Shown in pieces: positions 10,775-23,150 of a stretch of DNA of 64,000 nucleotides; within the stretch, counting starts at the first letter, position 1; each line of letters opens with the position of its first letter. The notes below the pieces were generated by a model. It was not told the DNA's origin and did no database searches. It saw nothing but the letters and a program-made list of their open reading frames with translations. Position numbers and translations under genes: made by a program. Source of the stretch: Tubulanus polymorphus (taxonomy: Eukaryota > Animalia > Nemertea); contig NC_134034.1 in assembly GCF_964204645.1 (NCBI RefSeq), positions 11,854,962 to 11,918,961 on the forward strand, in the 5' to 3' direction.

Positions 10775-13700
10775 TACACGTCGATATTCGGCATATGTTG
10801 AAGTTTTACAAAACACGCGCGGAGAAAATCAATCTCAGATTCTCGTTCTGCCGCCGACATCTAATTATCGGTTATACGCCAGCTGACGCACGTGAATAGG
10901 GAGTGAATAGGGAGTGAATAGGCTGTGAGCGTCGGTTTCATTCACATATTCAACACCAATGAATAAATATTGTTTAATATATTTTTGTTTACGTTTGACG
11001 GTGAATGTAAAACTCCGGTCCAGATATAAATTCAGTAGTTAACTGTACAACTACAAACTAGACAGAACTTTCTAATCGCCTATTTCTCAAATTAAAAGAG
11101 TTTTAAAGGAGTTTCTGGTATTTTGCTCAATTAAAAGAGTTTCAAGCACCTTAAAAAGCATTTTCCGTTTTGAAGGAGTTTTCAAAGTATTCAAGGGGTC
11201 GTAGGGACCCTGTTTAAAACATACAATAAAAAAATTTGCAATAGAAAGAAATATCAATTTTTATACAAACCTTCTTCGTAGTTTTGTCTAGGAGATATGC
11301 AGGAAGTGGTTAGACCTACGAGACTAGGAGTCTGACCACCACCTATCGGCGATAGGTCGAGATGATGGTTACTATGGATACTAGTAACTAGTCCGTTATC
11401 GGTGCCGGTGATTGGTCCCTCAGTGTTAGAAATGGCTCCGCGTAACGGGTATTGACTGCGCTGATTAACGGGCACCTCCGAGCCGGGCACGTTCATTCTT
11501 AATAGACTCGGATTTACTATACTTGACATCATACTAGAATACTGAAAATACACAATACGTAACAAAGACTCAACCTCTGAAAAGTTCTATCAGTAAAATG
11601 CAGAATTTTTTCAGTGACATTTCTTTGAAATATTTAAGAAAATGTTCAAATTAATCAGTAATCAATGGGGGTAAGACCCTCACTAACATCTTTCGTATTT
11701 CTGTTCAAATGAATCAGTAATCAACAGTAAGACCCTCAGTAACATCTTTCATATTTCTGTTCAAATTAATCAGTAATCAACAGTAAGACCCTCGCTAACA
11801 TCTTTCATATTTCTGTTCAAATGAATCAGTAATCAACAGTAAGACCCTCAGTAACATCTTTCATATTTCTGTTCAAATTAATCAGTAATCAACAGTAAGA
11901 CCCCCTCAGTAACATCTTTCATATTTCTGTTCAAATTAATCAGTAATCAACAGTAAGACCCTCACTAACATCTTTCATATTTCTGTTCAAATTAATCAGT
12001 AATCAACAGTAAGACCCTCACTAACATCTTTCATATTTCTGTTCAAATTAATCAGTAATCAACAGTAAGACCCTCAGTAACATCTTTCATATTTCTGTTC
12101 AAATTAATCAGTAATCAACAGTAAGACCCTCAGTAACATCTTTCATATTTCTGTTCAAATTAATCAGTAATCAACAGTAAGACCCCCTCAGTAACATCTT
12201 TCATATTTCTGTTCAAATTAATCAGTAATCAACAGTAAGACCCTCAGTAACATCTTTCATATTTCCGTTCAAATCTATCAGTAATCAAGGGGGTTAAGAC
12301 CCTCAGTAACGTCTTTCATATGTTTCATATTTGCATCAAACAAATCAAATCGGTATTTCTCACTATAGATTAGTTACAAATACTGAAAATCAGGAAGAAA
12401 TGGCAGCTGTGAGTCATCCATCGTGGGTGCTTATTTATTGACTTCGTAGTGGCCCAAACCCTGTGGAAGTGTGTACTGGCTGTACTACTGCAGACTTACC
12501 CCTGGACCGTTGGAAGACAATGTATTAATAGAATTAAACAATGCGTTCTCTTGTAAAGGACCCAACGTATTAGACGCATCTCTTTGAGCTGAAAAAAATT
12601 ACAATCATCAAAAAAAGAAGATTAATAATGATAATAATGATAATCTATTTACTTAATATCTACAGGGTAATATCTGCACTTAACATAAAATGAGAAAATA
12701 AATGAAATACTCGACATTAACAATACGAATAATTGTCAATTTGTTAAAAACATTAAGACAAATAAACAAATTAACATTTAACTTGACAGTGAGAGTAGAA
12801 ATAGAACACCATATGCATCTAGACCTCAATTGATGAAACGTTTTACAGCGCAAAATCATTTGTTTTCATCTTAAAAAATTCATCAGAACCCTAGGTCTAT
12901 TTCCAAGAGATAATTCAAGCTCGAAATCGGGCTAATCAGGATTAGGAATTTTTGGATGATCCCGATCTAAATGCGGTCACAGGCGCGAATATGCATACCA
13001 TGATTTTTTGAAACTGACACAGGAGATGCCTGGGTTGAATATAAAGAACAATTAGTTCAAGGTGTCACGCGCACGTGTGCAGCTCAACAGGGTAATTAAA
13101 ATCATACTCGTCTAAAACGTGGATAAAAACAATGCTGTAAATTACAGCAGTAATCATCGAATATCTACGAAATGACAATTCAATCTGGCCGACGAAATAA
13201 TCGATTCGAAGCGGTATATTTTTGGAATCGGGAAAAATTTAACCGGATAACTATTCTACCAACTGTTGTATTTTATACTCGCGAGGCAGGATCATCCATT
13301 CATTATCATATTGTGCGCAAATTCCCCTGAATTTTCATTTTACCGCCTTTCTTATTCTAGAGCCCCCTCTCCCTATGCAGACCCTACTCCTGTATATATC
13401 CACTATCCTCTCAACATGTAGGCTCTCTATCCTTTTCACCTTAGACTAATTGTTCTTTATATTCAAGCTAAGAGTCTACAGGCTCCATACCCTTGTACAG
13501 ACCCAGTAGACTCCTATTATACCTCTCTCTCCGACCGCCTAACCTCATGGCCTGTAGGTTCCAATTTTATGTCTTTTCCTCCCTGATGTAGACCTTCTCT
13601 CTCCCGTACAGACCCCCTTCCCCCGTACAGACCCTCTCCCCTCCCCATGTACAGACCCTCTCTCCCCCTCCCCATGTACAGACCCTCTCTCACCCTTCCC

Positions 13701-16700
13701 CCATACAGACCCTCTCCCCCTCCCCATGTACAGACCCTCTCCCCCTACTCATGTACAGACCCGATCCCCCTCCCCCTGTGTGAACCCCTGCTACATACCT
13801 TGCTGTTTAACATTGTGAATAAACAGACTACAGTCTTGAGGCGGTTTCCATTCAGGGTTCGTCAACTATAAACAACAAATAGGAAAAGTCAACGATCGAA
13901 CGAGAGAAACTCACTGAGATGAATATCTGATACTTACAGTAAAATGCATCAGTGATAATTCAGTTTTACCGTTCTCCGCCTGCTGGTAGTGATTAGCGTT
14001 AGTTAAATCTTCATCAACCCACTGAATATAAAACAAAATACAGATTCATCTTCACGCATTCCTCAACATCCAGTTCCATTGCGACTCTTTCAAATAGTCT
14101 AAAAATGGTCCCGGTTACTTATCAAAAACAACCAGGGGCTGCAGTTGCTCAAGAGTTGCTCAAGAGTTAACCAGTGGATTGATGTAGTGACAATTAAAGT
14201 TGCATTGTTACTATGCTATTTATCCGCCGATAAGATATCTATCATGAACCAAATATTCAGCGATTGGCCCCAGGTCGAGTCAAGAATAATAGGGAAAATA
14301 AGGATTATCGATTTCAATTCCACAGTAAGAAGTGTAGTTTGATTCTGGATCTCACTCATACAACTGCACCTAGAATTCCATCACTTAAGAGTTCATAGTA
14401 TAGGACTACATATTGCTTTCAGGGGCAGATCAAGAGGCCAATTTCAAAGTCCCATAAGGGCATTTGATGTCCAAAAAGGCAATGTACTACTGCAATGAAA
14501 TGCACCAATTTTCTTTGTTGACCAAATCAGATGGGTTTACCAAATCAGATGTTAACCGAGGCCGCGTTTTTAGCATTACCTGCCGATTGCCGTGTTTTCT
14601 GACGTCCATCTGAGCGAACGAGCAGACGTCGCCGACTCCGACGACTTCCACGGTGAAATTACGAAAGAAATCGATAACGTCGAGAGTTCGGTGTCGCAAC
14701 GAGAAACACAGAATGAACGGCGTAATCAGAGGACTTAATAACTCCTCGAGGATACACGTCTGAAAATATAACGATATAAACATCATTATCATAACCGTTG
14801 ATTTAACACTCCAGGTCCGCGTCGTGAAGAAAGATGAAAGTCTCAAACTAAGAATGATAGATAAGAGTCCCAACCTCTGAAAAGTGCTATCAGTAACAAA
14901 TTTAATTTTTCTTCAGTAACATTTCATTGAAATATGAAAGAAAATGTTCAAATTTATTAGTAATCAACAGTAAGACCCTCGGTAACATCTTTCATATTTC
15001 TGCTCAAATGAATCAGTAATCAACAGTAAGACCCTCAGTAACATCTTTTATATTTCTGTTCAAATGAATCAGTAATCAACAGTAAGACCCTCAGTAACAT
15101 CTTTCATATTTCTGTTCAAATTAATCAGTAATCAACAGTAAGACCCTCAGTAACATCTTTTATATTTCTGTTCAAATGAATCAGTAATCAACAGTAAGAC
15201 CCTCAGTAACATCTTTTATATTTCTGTTCAAATTAATCAGTAATCAACAGTAAGACCCTCAGTAACATCTTTTATATTTCTGTTCAAATTTATTAGTAAT
15301 CAACAGTAAGACCCTCAGTAACATCTTTCATATTTCTGTTCAAATTAATCAGTAATCAACAGTAAGACCCTCAGTAACATCTTTTATATTTCTGTTCAAA
15401 TTAATCAGTAATCAACAGTAAGACCCTCAGTAACATCTTTTATATTTCTGTTCAAATTTATTAGTAATCAACAGTAAGACCCTCAGTAACATCTTTCATA
15501 TTTCTGTTCAAAGTTAATCAGTAATCAACAGTAAGACCCTCAGTAACATCTTATATATTTCTGTTCAAATTAATCAGTAATCAACAGTAAGACCCTCAGT
15601 AACATCTTTCATATTTCTGTTCAAATTAATCAGTAATCGACAGTAAGACCCTCAGTAACATCTTTCATATTTCTGTTCAAATTAATCAGTAATCGACAGT
15701 AAGACCCTCAGTAACATCTTTCATATTTCTGTTCAAATTAATCAGTAATCGACAGTAAGACCCTCAGTAACATCTTTCATATTTCTGTTCAAATTAATCA
15801 GTAATCGACAGTAAGAATAGCTGAATAGCACTGGGTTGTATGAAGTGTTACAGCAATTAAACTCATGAAAATCATGAATTTACTTTTAGTTTTTATGTTT
15901 TCGTATTATTTTCTAATCAACGATTTCTTTCAAACGAAAAAACTTACGATTTTATATTGAAATAATTGTGAGAATTCATCTCTGACGCGGTACGTGTGAG
16001 CGTTACCCTTCCACGAGTCGGGCATATAGTGAATCTGAGCGAGGGTCGTCATTAGCAACGCTTCCGGGCAAAATATCATGTGTTCATCGGGGATTAAACT
16101 GCGACTGATCGTCACGACGACACCTGGAAAAAAATACCGCTAAACTGATAAACACCATATAATGGTCGCTTCTATCGAATGACATAAACAAACAATCCAT
16201 TTTCAGAAATGTCTGTCTCCTTATGCCATCATCGAACTACCACGTAGCTATTGGAGTAGAAATTAAACATTCATCTTTAAATCTTCGGAGTACAATTTCT
16301 TACCTAATATGGTCATAGTGGTTAACATATGAGATACGGCCAAAACATCTTCATCAATAACAGTGAGAATGATTAATATAGCGAGTACTGAACCAGCAAA
16401 AAATACCACATTCCTGTAAATGAATTAACAGATATCAGTTACTGAGAACTACTAGTTCAGTTACTGACCACTACTAGTTCAGTGACTGACCACTACTGCT
16501 TCAGTTACTGACCACTACTGCTTCAGTTACTGACCACTACTTCAGTGACTGACCACTAAGAGTTCAGTGACTGACCACTAAAAGTTCAGTTACTGACCAC
16601 TACTGCTTCAGTGACTGACCACTAGTTCAGTTACTGACCACTACTAGTTCAGTTACTGACCACCACCAACTAGTCTCACTGATTGACTGGCTAGTCTCAC

Positions 16701-19700
16701 TGATTGACCTGTTCTCCAACCTCCCGCCTGAATCAGATTTCCGAATAATTAAAATCATCGACTTACTTTGCAAACACTACAAGTAACGGAGAAATAAATA
16801 TATTCATGAATCTCGTTGCTGGTTGATAACCCCGACTTAATCTGAAAATACGCCAACAATCATTCATGACTTCTACGAATCAGTAAAACTACCGGTAATT
16901 ACCGACGACCTTTCCGAACTAACCTGGCATTGAACTCATGATCTAATTCGTTAAAATGACGCAGATAAAGTCTCGAATAATGAGACCACCTTCGCATTCC
17001 TAAACTACTCGGAGATCTTTTAATTAACTGGAAAAAAACAAAACCATGAAAATCAGACATAAATTCTACAGAATTTGATTCTGAACTATTAGCATCCTCC
17101 TATTAGCAGGGTTCTTACAGATCAGGGAATCCTAAATTCCCTCATATTTCCCTGACCCTTGACCATAAATTCCCTGATTAAATCATAAGACATCCTCAGT
17201 GAGGGCTGTTTCTTATCAAGAGGTTCATTGTGTCATTCGTCACTGGCAAAAACAACAAGACACCAAAAATTCAAATTCCCTGATCAAATTATAACGTATC
17301 CTCAGTGAGGGCAGTTTCTTATCAAGAATCTGTTCCTTGTGCCACTCACTCATCACCAGCAAGAACAACATGACACCAAAAATTCAAATTCCCTGATTGC
17401 ATTATAAGATATCCTCAGTGAGGGATCAAGAGTATCCTTGTGACACTCATCGCATGCAAGAACATGACACAAGAAATTCCCTGATTTTCTCTGCAGGGAG
17501 AAATAAATCCGGAATTCCCTGATCAGTAAGAACCCTGTATCAGACTTATCCTCTCAGGAATTGAGTAAAACTACCCTAACCCAGCCGCCCTATTACTAAA
17601 CGGGATAAACTCTTACCTCTGCATACTGGAAGAACGAATACAATATCGTCCACAGAAATATAATCGGACAAAATATAAAATTAGCAATTCCAACCCACAA
17701 AATATGTTTCGATAACCTGAAAAATATCAATATCGTCGAGAATGTCAATTCACTGAAACGACAATCGATAAATCCTCTACAGGTGAAGACTTACTGTTCT
17801 GCTAGTTCTTTTCGTTTGTGAATATTTTTGAAATCGTCTTTTAAATGCCAGTAATTTTGGAACGGAGACCACGGACCCCCTGCAATAAATATTCGATCAT
17901 GCTAGATCCCACAATAATTCAGACAAAAAGAGAACTCTTGAATAGAAGAGTTTATATATTTGAGCAACGTTTAGACTACTAGCCATCATCAAGTGTACTG
18001 ATGATGGCTACCGAAACGTTGCTCCAAATATATAAACCCTTTACTCAACAACTTTAAATCTTTGACTGAATAATTGTTTGATTTCACATGTATATTTATT
18101 GTACACGGATGACGTACGCTCGACTCGTTTTATCAATGTTTTAGTAAAGAACCTTTTAATTCACGATAGATGACTAAATTTCGGTACTTACAAAAAAGTA
18201 TCATTTCCAGGTTATATTTCAGCCCTTGACTGAGGAAAGTGCTGCAAGAATATCGCGAAGACAAACTCTGTGAAAACCGATTGAAAGTCAAGAGTCTGAA
18301 ATGTTTCCTTCAGCCGGTAGCTTATTCAACATTTCGACTGTATCCTGAGATTCATCTCCAGGAATACAGTATTCCTGAAGATGACTATTAGGATATTAAC
18401 AATACGTCAAATACACTTAGCTTAAGGAAACATTTCAGGATCTCGTATCATCTTCACAACGCGGACTCAGGGAGTGGTTATACATGTACTTACTATTCTC
18501 CTATAAACGGTAGGTCGAATTTAAACGGTAAAACCGATTTGTTCACCATCGCGATCATATAATTCTTAAATCTCAAAATACGGTGATAAATATCTGAAAC
18601 AAAACGAATGGCGAAAAAATATCAACGATTGAAAAATCTGACTCAGAGAAGCAAGGACAGGGGCTCGAATCCCGTAGTGTCCCCGGGCCAGACACTTATC
18701 CTCATTACCTCTCTTCAGGAGTAAATGGATACCTGACCTGATAGATGACTCCCAAGTCGAGTTGTTAGGAGGTTACTGCTTCCCACGGGTAGATGACTGA
18801 TATATCGTTTAAGTCGGACCGTAAACCGTGGAACTAAAATTCTGAAACATTACATCACCCAGGCCTGAAGAACGCTGAGAGCCGCCTGGTGGCCGGGTTA
18901 TGAAACTTACCTAATCCACTGAGTTCTTGTTTATGTATACACATTTGTTGTTCTTTCTGTACCTCGAGCAGACGATATTGAACTTCATGCCACGTCATGT
19001 TACTTAAATCAGCCTGCAATTCATTACAACATATATAACCCCCTCACAAACATGGCTACTACCATACATAACACTATGACATCATCAAATTGACCAGTGC
19101 CTTAAGATGCTTCTTAATCTTTTATGGAGACTGTCATCACTTCGGTTAGTATCTATAAGTGTCAATTGATGATGTCATAGGGAGATAAATGGAGTCGGCC
19201 ATATTATCTCAAGGGATCTACCAGTATATCAATTAACTTGGTAATTTGATGATGTCGTAGATGGATTTTATGGAGACAAGTCATATTTTAAATAGCCGAA
19301 AATAATCATGTTCTTTCCTGATACTTACGGCTGAGATTTTTAATGCATATAAGTAGAAAGCCCTGATCTCGCAGTATTTAAATATGTTGTAGATGACTTT
19401 AATCACGCGTAGAATCCAGAACACCAATGCAATTAACAAACAGATTACAATCATCGGATTAAATCTGCAGAGAAAAAGAAGACGATCGTAAGTTTGACTG
19501 CGGCGAACGAGGAGCCCGCTTGTGACAACTACTTTAGCAGTAGAGGTTTCAACTAGTGGCAGGCTAGGATCTGCCAGGTGTTGCTAGTGTGCAGTAGGAC
19601 ATCAACTACTGCGGCAATGGACGATTCCACTTGTGGCGAGTGAGGATCCACTACGCGTCACCAGTTTAAATTAAGACAAAACGACGCCCGATTTCATGCC

Positions 19701-21633
19701 CAATTCAAATAAAATCTAGCCACAATTTCCTTAATTCTATACATGATGAATCAATATATTGTACGATATATGAACAATGAAGATGAATCTGAGTTTATCA
19801 GAAGGTCTTCATTTGCCTAAGTTCCCGATGTAGGAGGCTAAAGTGAACTAAATTTTGATTGAGTAGTCCTATTGATATACACACCATCTAACAGGATAGT
19901 CCTCATCAACAACGTATTAGTCGATGATTATTCAGTCGATGATTATGTAAATAAGCGGTGTATCTAATCGACGAAACGAGCAATATATTAAACTTACCCT
20001 CGTACGCATTGATTGAAAGGTATCACAGTTTCCGGGATGGTGACTTTGTGAGTCGAGTTGAAAATGACGTTGGCGAATAAAACGTTGTAATCGACGCATT
20101 CGATGAGATAAACTGAGAACACGACGACGAACACAAACTGTCTACAAATAACAACAGAGAGAAAGAGAGACATAAACGTGTCAATCTGCATCATGTAACC
20201 CTTTAGTGAGTTAGGCCTTCCTGCGTACCTAATCGTCGGTGGTAAGCTTTCATAATCGGATGGATTTTAGATTTCTTCTAATTTGTAAATAGTGGGCTTT
20301 TTATCTTATCATCGGATGGACTTAAGTATCCGATCGTGAAATTAAACCACAGACAGGTTACTGACTGCCTGTGTGTAACCTTTAGCCTGTGGACCCTGCT
20401 GCACACTCTCACACATTCATACTTCCTATTTTGATTGTCAACGCTTCAATCTTTTAATTGAAAATGAACTAACTTCATCAGAACACTTTCAAAATCTGAT
20501 CATCCACACTTCACACGTGTTCAGTACTTCACCCGAGACATTTTCAATTGAAAATGAACTACAAACACCAGACATCAGTTAAGTTATCAGGATACTTTCA
20601 ACAACTGATCATCCACACTTCACATGTGTTCAGTACTTCACCTGAGACATTTTTAATTGAAAATGAACTATAAGCACCAAACATTAGACATTTTATCAGC
20701 GCACTTTCAAAAACTCACTGTCCACACTTCACACAGAGTCACTCTGGTGTAGTTGTAGGCTGTAGGTTGATGCTTGCGCTGTGATTAGGTGTATTTGAGG
20801 ATGTTTTAAAAACTAACTTACAGAAGTTGTAATAAATCTTCGATGACCATACACAGAAACCCGTGACGCTGATGAAACTGATAAACGCGAGCGAAGAACT
20901 CATCCAGATTCTCAATATGATTCCAACGAGCTGTAAACAAAAAACACATCGATTGAACTGACTGGAACTACTGAGTTCAGAACTGTGGAACTGAGTTCAG
21001 AACTGTGGAACTGAGTTCAGAACTGTGAGACTGGAAGCAGTAGTGTGGAACTGTGTACATAACTGGCTCCAGAACTGTGGAACTTAATCTAGCTGTGGAA
21101 CTGGGTGTAGTAGTGTGGAACTGTGTACAGAATGTGGAACTGGGTCTTGTAGTGTTGAACTGGTTTCAGAACTGTGGAACTGGGTCCAGAACTGTGGAAC
21201 TGGGTCCTGTACCGTGGAACTGGATTCAGATCTGTTGAACTGGATTCAGAACTGTGGACCTGGGTTCAGAATTGTGGAATTGGGTTCAGATCAGTGGAAC
21301 TGGCTTCATAACTTCTGAACTGGGTTTTAATCAGTGGAACTGGTTTCAGAACTATGGAACTACATCCCGAATTGTGGAAATGAGTCAAGCTGTGGAACTG
21401 GTTCAGGTCAGTGGAACTGTGTGATATACAGAAGTAGTGGAAATGGATGTGAACTGCAGAACTGGGCGCTGAACTGTGGAACTGTGTGGATGAATTGTGG
21501 AATTGATGTGGAACTCACTTTTATTATCAGGTACAATGTGTATGATGTTCTCATACTGTGGAGTTTCAGTATCATCGTCGTAATAAGACGACAGGGGTTG
21601 ATATCCCGTTTCAAAACCACTAGTAGACGCCAT
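8758..21633 (-). CDS. ATG9A: Autophagy-related protein 9A (lipid scramblase), complete 19-coding-exon gene, 825 aa
   Basis: Exons assembled by hand with GT-AG sites and consistent phases: 21633-21519, 20930-20822, 20141-19998, 19464-19329, 19013-18911, 18593-18494, 18241-18192, 17879-17795, 17716-17617, 17027-16924, 16841-16767, 16413-16304, 16123-15948, 14759-14580, 14021-13938, 13865-13799, 12588-12500, 11541-11271, 9137-8758 (2478 nt, in frame). ATG9 motifs: WNHIENLDEFF, DIYHRILRFKNY, LRHFNEL, DFFRNFTVEVVGVGDVCSFAQMD, GKTELSLMHF, SAEMSLSALYLHEIH. Confidence 0.97.
9860..10060. mobile_element. Fold-back element of the ctatgacatcatcaaatt family
   Basis: Inverted arms atgacatcatcgaattac / gtaatttgatgacgtcat; relatives at 19070-19290, 33090-33575 and the 8448 tandem. 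Confidence 0.55.
11271..11541 (-). CDS. ATG9A: ATG9A exon 18 (YSSMMSSIV...PRQNYEE), disordered tail
   Basis: tttcag/gtttgt; open frame within ORF 11254-11565; phases fit both neighbours. Confidence 0.85.
11570..12325. repeat. 56-bp minisatellite array with unique leader (copy 1)
   Basis: Unit atcagtaatcaacagtaagaccctcagtaacatctttcatatttctgttcaaatta, about 12 units. Confidence 0.92.
12500..12588 (-). CDS. ATG9A: ATG9A exon 17 (AQRDASNTLGPLQENALFNSI...)
   Basis: tttcag/gtaagt; ENALF motif; phases fit. Confidence 0.88.
13590..13775. repeat. ~25-bp C-rich tandem (gtacagaccctctccccctccccat)
   Basis: Direct inspection. Confidence 0.8.
13799..13865 (-). CDS. ATG9A: ATG9A exon 16 (LTNPEWKPPQDCSLFIHNVKQQ)
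   Basis: ttatag/gtatgt; NPxWxPP motif. Confidence 0.93.
13938..14021 (-). CDS. ATG9A: ATG9A exon 15 (WVDEDLT...QQAENGKTELSLMHFT)
   Basis: attcag/gtaagt. Confidence 0.95.
14580..14759 (-). CDS. ATG9A: ATG9A exon 14 (TCILEELLSP...VGDVCSFAQMDVRKHGNRQ)
   Basis: tttcag/gtaatg; most conserved ATG9 block. Confidence 0.97.
14870..15816. repeat. 56-bp minisatellite array with the same leader (copy 2)
   Basis: Same unit, about 15 units; leader caacctctgaaaagt...gaaaatgttcaaatt shared with copy 1. Confidence 0.92.
15948..16123 (-). CDS. ATG9A: ATG9A exon 13 (VVVTISRSLIPDEH...HYMPDSWKGNAH...FQYKI)
   Basis: ttccag/gtaagt; overlaps ORF 15930-16115. Confidence 0.96.
16304..16413 (-). CDS. ATG9A: ATG9A exon 12 (NVVFFAGSVLAILIILTVIDEDVL...)
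   Basis: ttacag/gtaaga. Confidence 0.95.
16432..16710. repeat. ~20-bp tandem (ttcagttactgaccactacta)
   Basis: Direct inspection. Confidence 0.85.
16767..16841 (-). CDS. ATG9A: ATG9A exon 11 (LSRGYQPATRFMNIFISPLL...)
   Basis: tttcag/gtaagt. Confidence 0.94.
16924..17027 (-). CDS. ATG9A: ATG9A exon 10 (LIKRSPSSLGMRRWSHYSRLYLRHFNELDHEF)
   Basis: ttccag/gttagt; RHFNEL motif. Confidence 0.95.
17107..17537. mobile_element. MITE with TIR CAGGGTTCTTAC(A/T)GATCAGGGAAT and three ~120-bp internal repeats
   Basis: 24-bp TIRs; many AAATTCCCTGA motifs; possible 6-bp TSD tattag/tatcag. Confidence 0.78.
17617..17716 (-). CDS. ATG9A: ATG9A exon 9 (LSKHILWVGIANFIFCP...FFQYAE)
   Basis: tttcag/gtaaga. Confidence 0.95.
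17795..17879 (-). CDS. ATG9A: ATG9A exon 8 (WGPWSPFQNYWHLKDDFK...)
   Basis: ttgcag/gtaagt. Confidence 0.93.
17898..18125 (+). mobile_element. Penelope-like fold-back with degenerate inverted hammerheads, in the ATG9A intron between exons 7 and 8
   Basis: CTGATGA-TGGCTACC-GAAAC-GTT at 17998-18020 mirrored by a decayed minus-strand copy; ~90-bp arms; shares atcccacaataa and tacacggat with the 45.1-kb element. Confidence 0.65.
18192..18241 (-). CDS. ATG9A: ATG9A exon 7, 50 nt (TFLSQGLKYNLEMILF)
   Basis: ttgcag/gtaagt; GLKYN motif. Confidence 0.93.
18292..18481 (+). mobile_element. Penelope-like fold-back (TATTC-stem hammerhead family), in the ATG9A intron between exons 6 and 7
   Basis: Arms meet at ggaatac-a-gtattcc. 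Both arms fit the consensus TATTC-CTGAAGA-TGACTAT..ATAGTC-GAAAC-GTC-GAATA-...GGAAACATTTC, with decay. Confidence 0.65.
18494..18593 (-). CDS. ATG9A: ATG9A exon 6 (IYHRILRFKNYMIAMVNKSVLP...)
   Basis: tttcag/gtaagt. Confidence 0.95.
18655..18900 (+). mobile_element. Probable tRNA-derived SINE fragment
   Basis: B-box-like GGCTCGAATCCC followed by a CORE-like gtgtccccgggccagacactta...gtaaatggatacc segment. Confidence 0.5.
18911..19013 (-). CDS. ATG9A: ATG9A exon 5 (ADLSNMTWHEVQYRLLEVQKEQQMCIHKQEL)
   Basis: ttgcag/gtaagt; TWxEV and CIHK motifs. Confidence 0.95.
19329..19464 (-). CDS. ATG9A: ATG9A exon 4 (FNPMIVICLLIALVFWILR...EIRAFYLYALKISA)
   Basis: ctgcag/gtaagt; TM segment, in phase. Confidence 0.93.
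19998..20141 (-). CDS. ATG9A: ATG9A exon 3 (QFVFVVVFSVYLIECVDYNVLFAN...)
   Basis: ttgtag/gtaagt; CVDYxxLF motif. Confidence 0.95.
20450..20735. repeat. ~90-110-bp tandem x3 containing ttgaaaatgaacta
   Basis: Repeated catccacacttcacac...ttgaaaatgaact. Confidence 0.75.
20822..20930 (-). CDS. ATG9A: ATG9A exon 2 (RWNHIENLDEFFARVYQFHQRHGF...)
   Basis: tttacag/gtaagt; conserved ATG9 motif. Confidence 0.95.
20958..21513. repeat. ~20-bp AACTGTGGAACTGG tandem filling the intron between ATG9A coding exons 1 and 2
   Basis: Direct inspection; MITE-TIR-derived. Confidence 0.85.
21519..21633 (-). CDS. ATG9A: ATG9A coding exon 1 (MASTSGFETGYQPL...VPDNK)
   Basis: ATG at 21633, acceptor ttttgcag upstream (exon starts 21674), donor gtgagt; YQPL matches the N-terminal YxxL sorting motif of ATG9A. 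Confidence 0.88.
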
Positions 21634-22707
21634 CTCACTATCCACTCTTATCTATCCACTCTCTCTATAAATCTCTGCAAAAATAATCAAATCATTAGAA
21701 TAGATTAGGTAGGTAGGTCTCATCCATGGCATAGGCTATGCGTTCCACAGGTCTGGGGCCCCTGGGTTATTGATCTGACAAAAAAAAAATTTTGTATGAA
21801 AATGATAAATTTACAGGCGACAACTGTGGAACTGGATACGGGTTGGTGAACCTGAAAAATAAAACTATAAGAAGGGATGGGTTTGAGAACTAGGATTGTT
21901 TACTACTAAGTACCTCCTTAAAAGGGAAAAAAGTCCAAGAACATGTCAGTCATTCAAGAACCAGACAGAGGTAAATTGAGGATTGTCAGAGGTATGGTTG
22001 TTAGAATTAACGCTATAAAAGGTACACGACTTGATATTGTGTCATTACCTAACGAAATGACATTCAAACTGATCGGAATAAACACAGACTAAGCAAACAG
22101 CTGATTTTGAAAAGAAAGAAACTGAAAATCAAAAACAGTAAAATATCTGACAATTCGACATAAATAAATTATTACCAGTTCGATATTTTCTCAACCTCTT
22201 TTTATCATCAATCAATCCATTCATTCACATTTGACCTGTTTTAATTATATCGTCGCAGTTTCCCTAAATCATCAAAAAATTAGAAAATTTCTGACAGATC
22301 AAAACAACGCAGTGCATTGTGGGTGTTAGAGTCTAACGATAGATGGCGGTACTGATCAAATTCAAATTTGGTTTATTTGTTCAAACCGGTGGCAGCACTG
22401 GACGGTATAATTGTTCGTACTGGCGGCCCGGTCGGCCAGATTACCCAGGTATTTGTTAACGTATTTAATTGTGGCGCCAATTCTGAATGTTTCGATACGA
22501 AACTCGCAGGGACTCTTAAAGACGACTGGATGCATCTTTGTGCTATGTCAGTTTTACTATAAACACGGAATTTTTCCATATTTAAAGATTTTAATCTTCG
22601 AAACTGACAAGTTCAGGATGCCACTATACCCCAGTCTATTGATTAAACTGACCCCTGAATTTTGCTATTAGAGTATAATCAAAACGGCAATCAGAATATT
22701 GACTCAC

Positions 22708-23150
22708 TTGTCCTTTTTTTATGATAGGAATTTTTTGGAGAGCCTTTTGAATCGTACCGGTTAGACAAAAGCTTATGCCTTATGTCCCCAATGTGACAAA
22801 TGAATAGAATTCATAGAATTTAAGTGCATCACGATTTTTAAAAACTGAAGAAAATTCCCTTGGAAAATTTCATACCCTTACATCACCCAAATATCTCCTA
22901 GGAAAAGATACTGCAATGCCTATCCGCCATTTCATTGTGAAATCTCCGTGTAGAGGACTGAGCCGCAGAGCTTCTTCACGTAACAATAAAGTGGCCTTTT
23001 GTCGTACAGGCCATCGACTGGTTTGCACCAGAACAATAGAAATCGGACCTATTTGGTCAATCTATAGACTGCGCATGGGTGGTCTGTGGAAGGTTTGTTT
23101 GCCGTCTCGACCTGAACTCGATCTCACAGACTGTGGTCACATGAAATGAT
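22708..23150 (-). promoter_or_regulatory. Probable ATG9A promoter and non-coding first exon
   Basis: Donor caa|gtgagt at 22708/22707; YY1-type AAATGGCG (22925-22932, minus); TGCGCATG near 23070; GTCACATGA E-box at 23136-23144. TSS not determinable. Confidence 0.55.

Noticed and set aside
18660-18675. tRNA gene
   Set aside because: Only a B-box-like motif with no cloverleaf; better explained as a SINE head.
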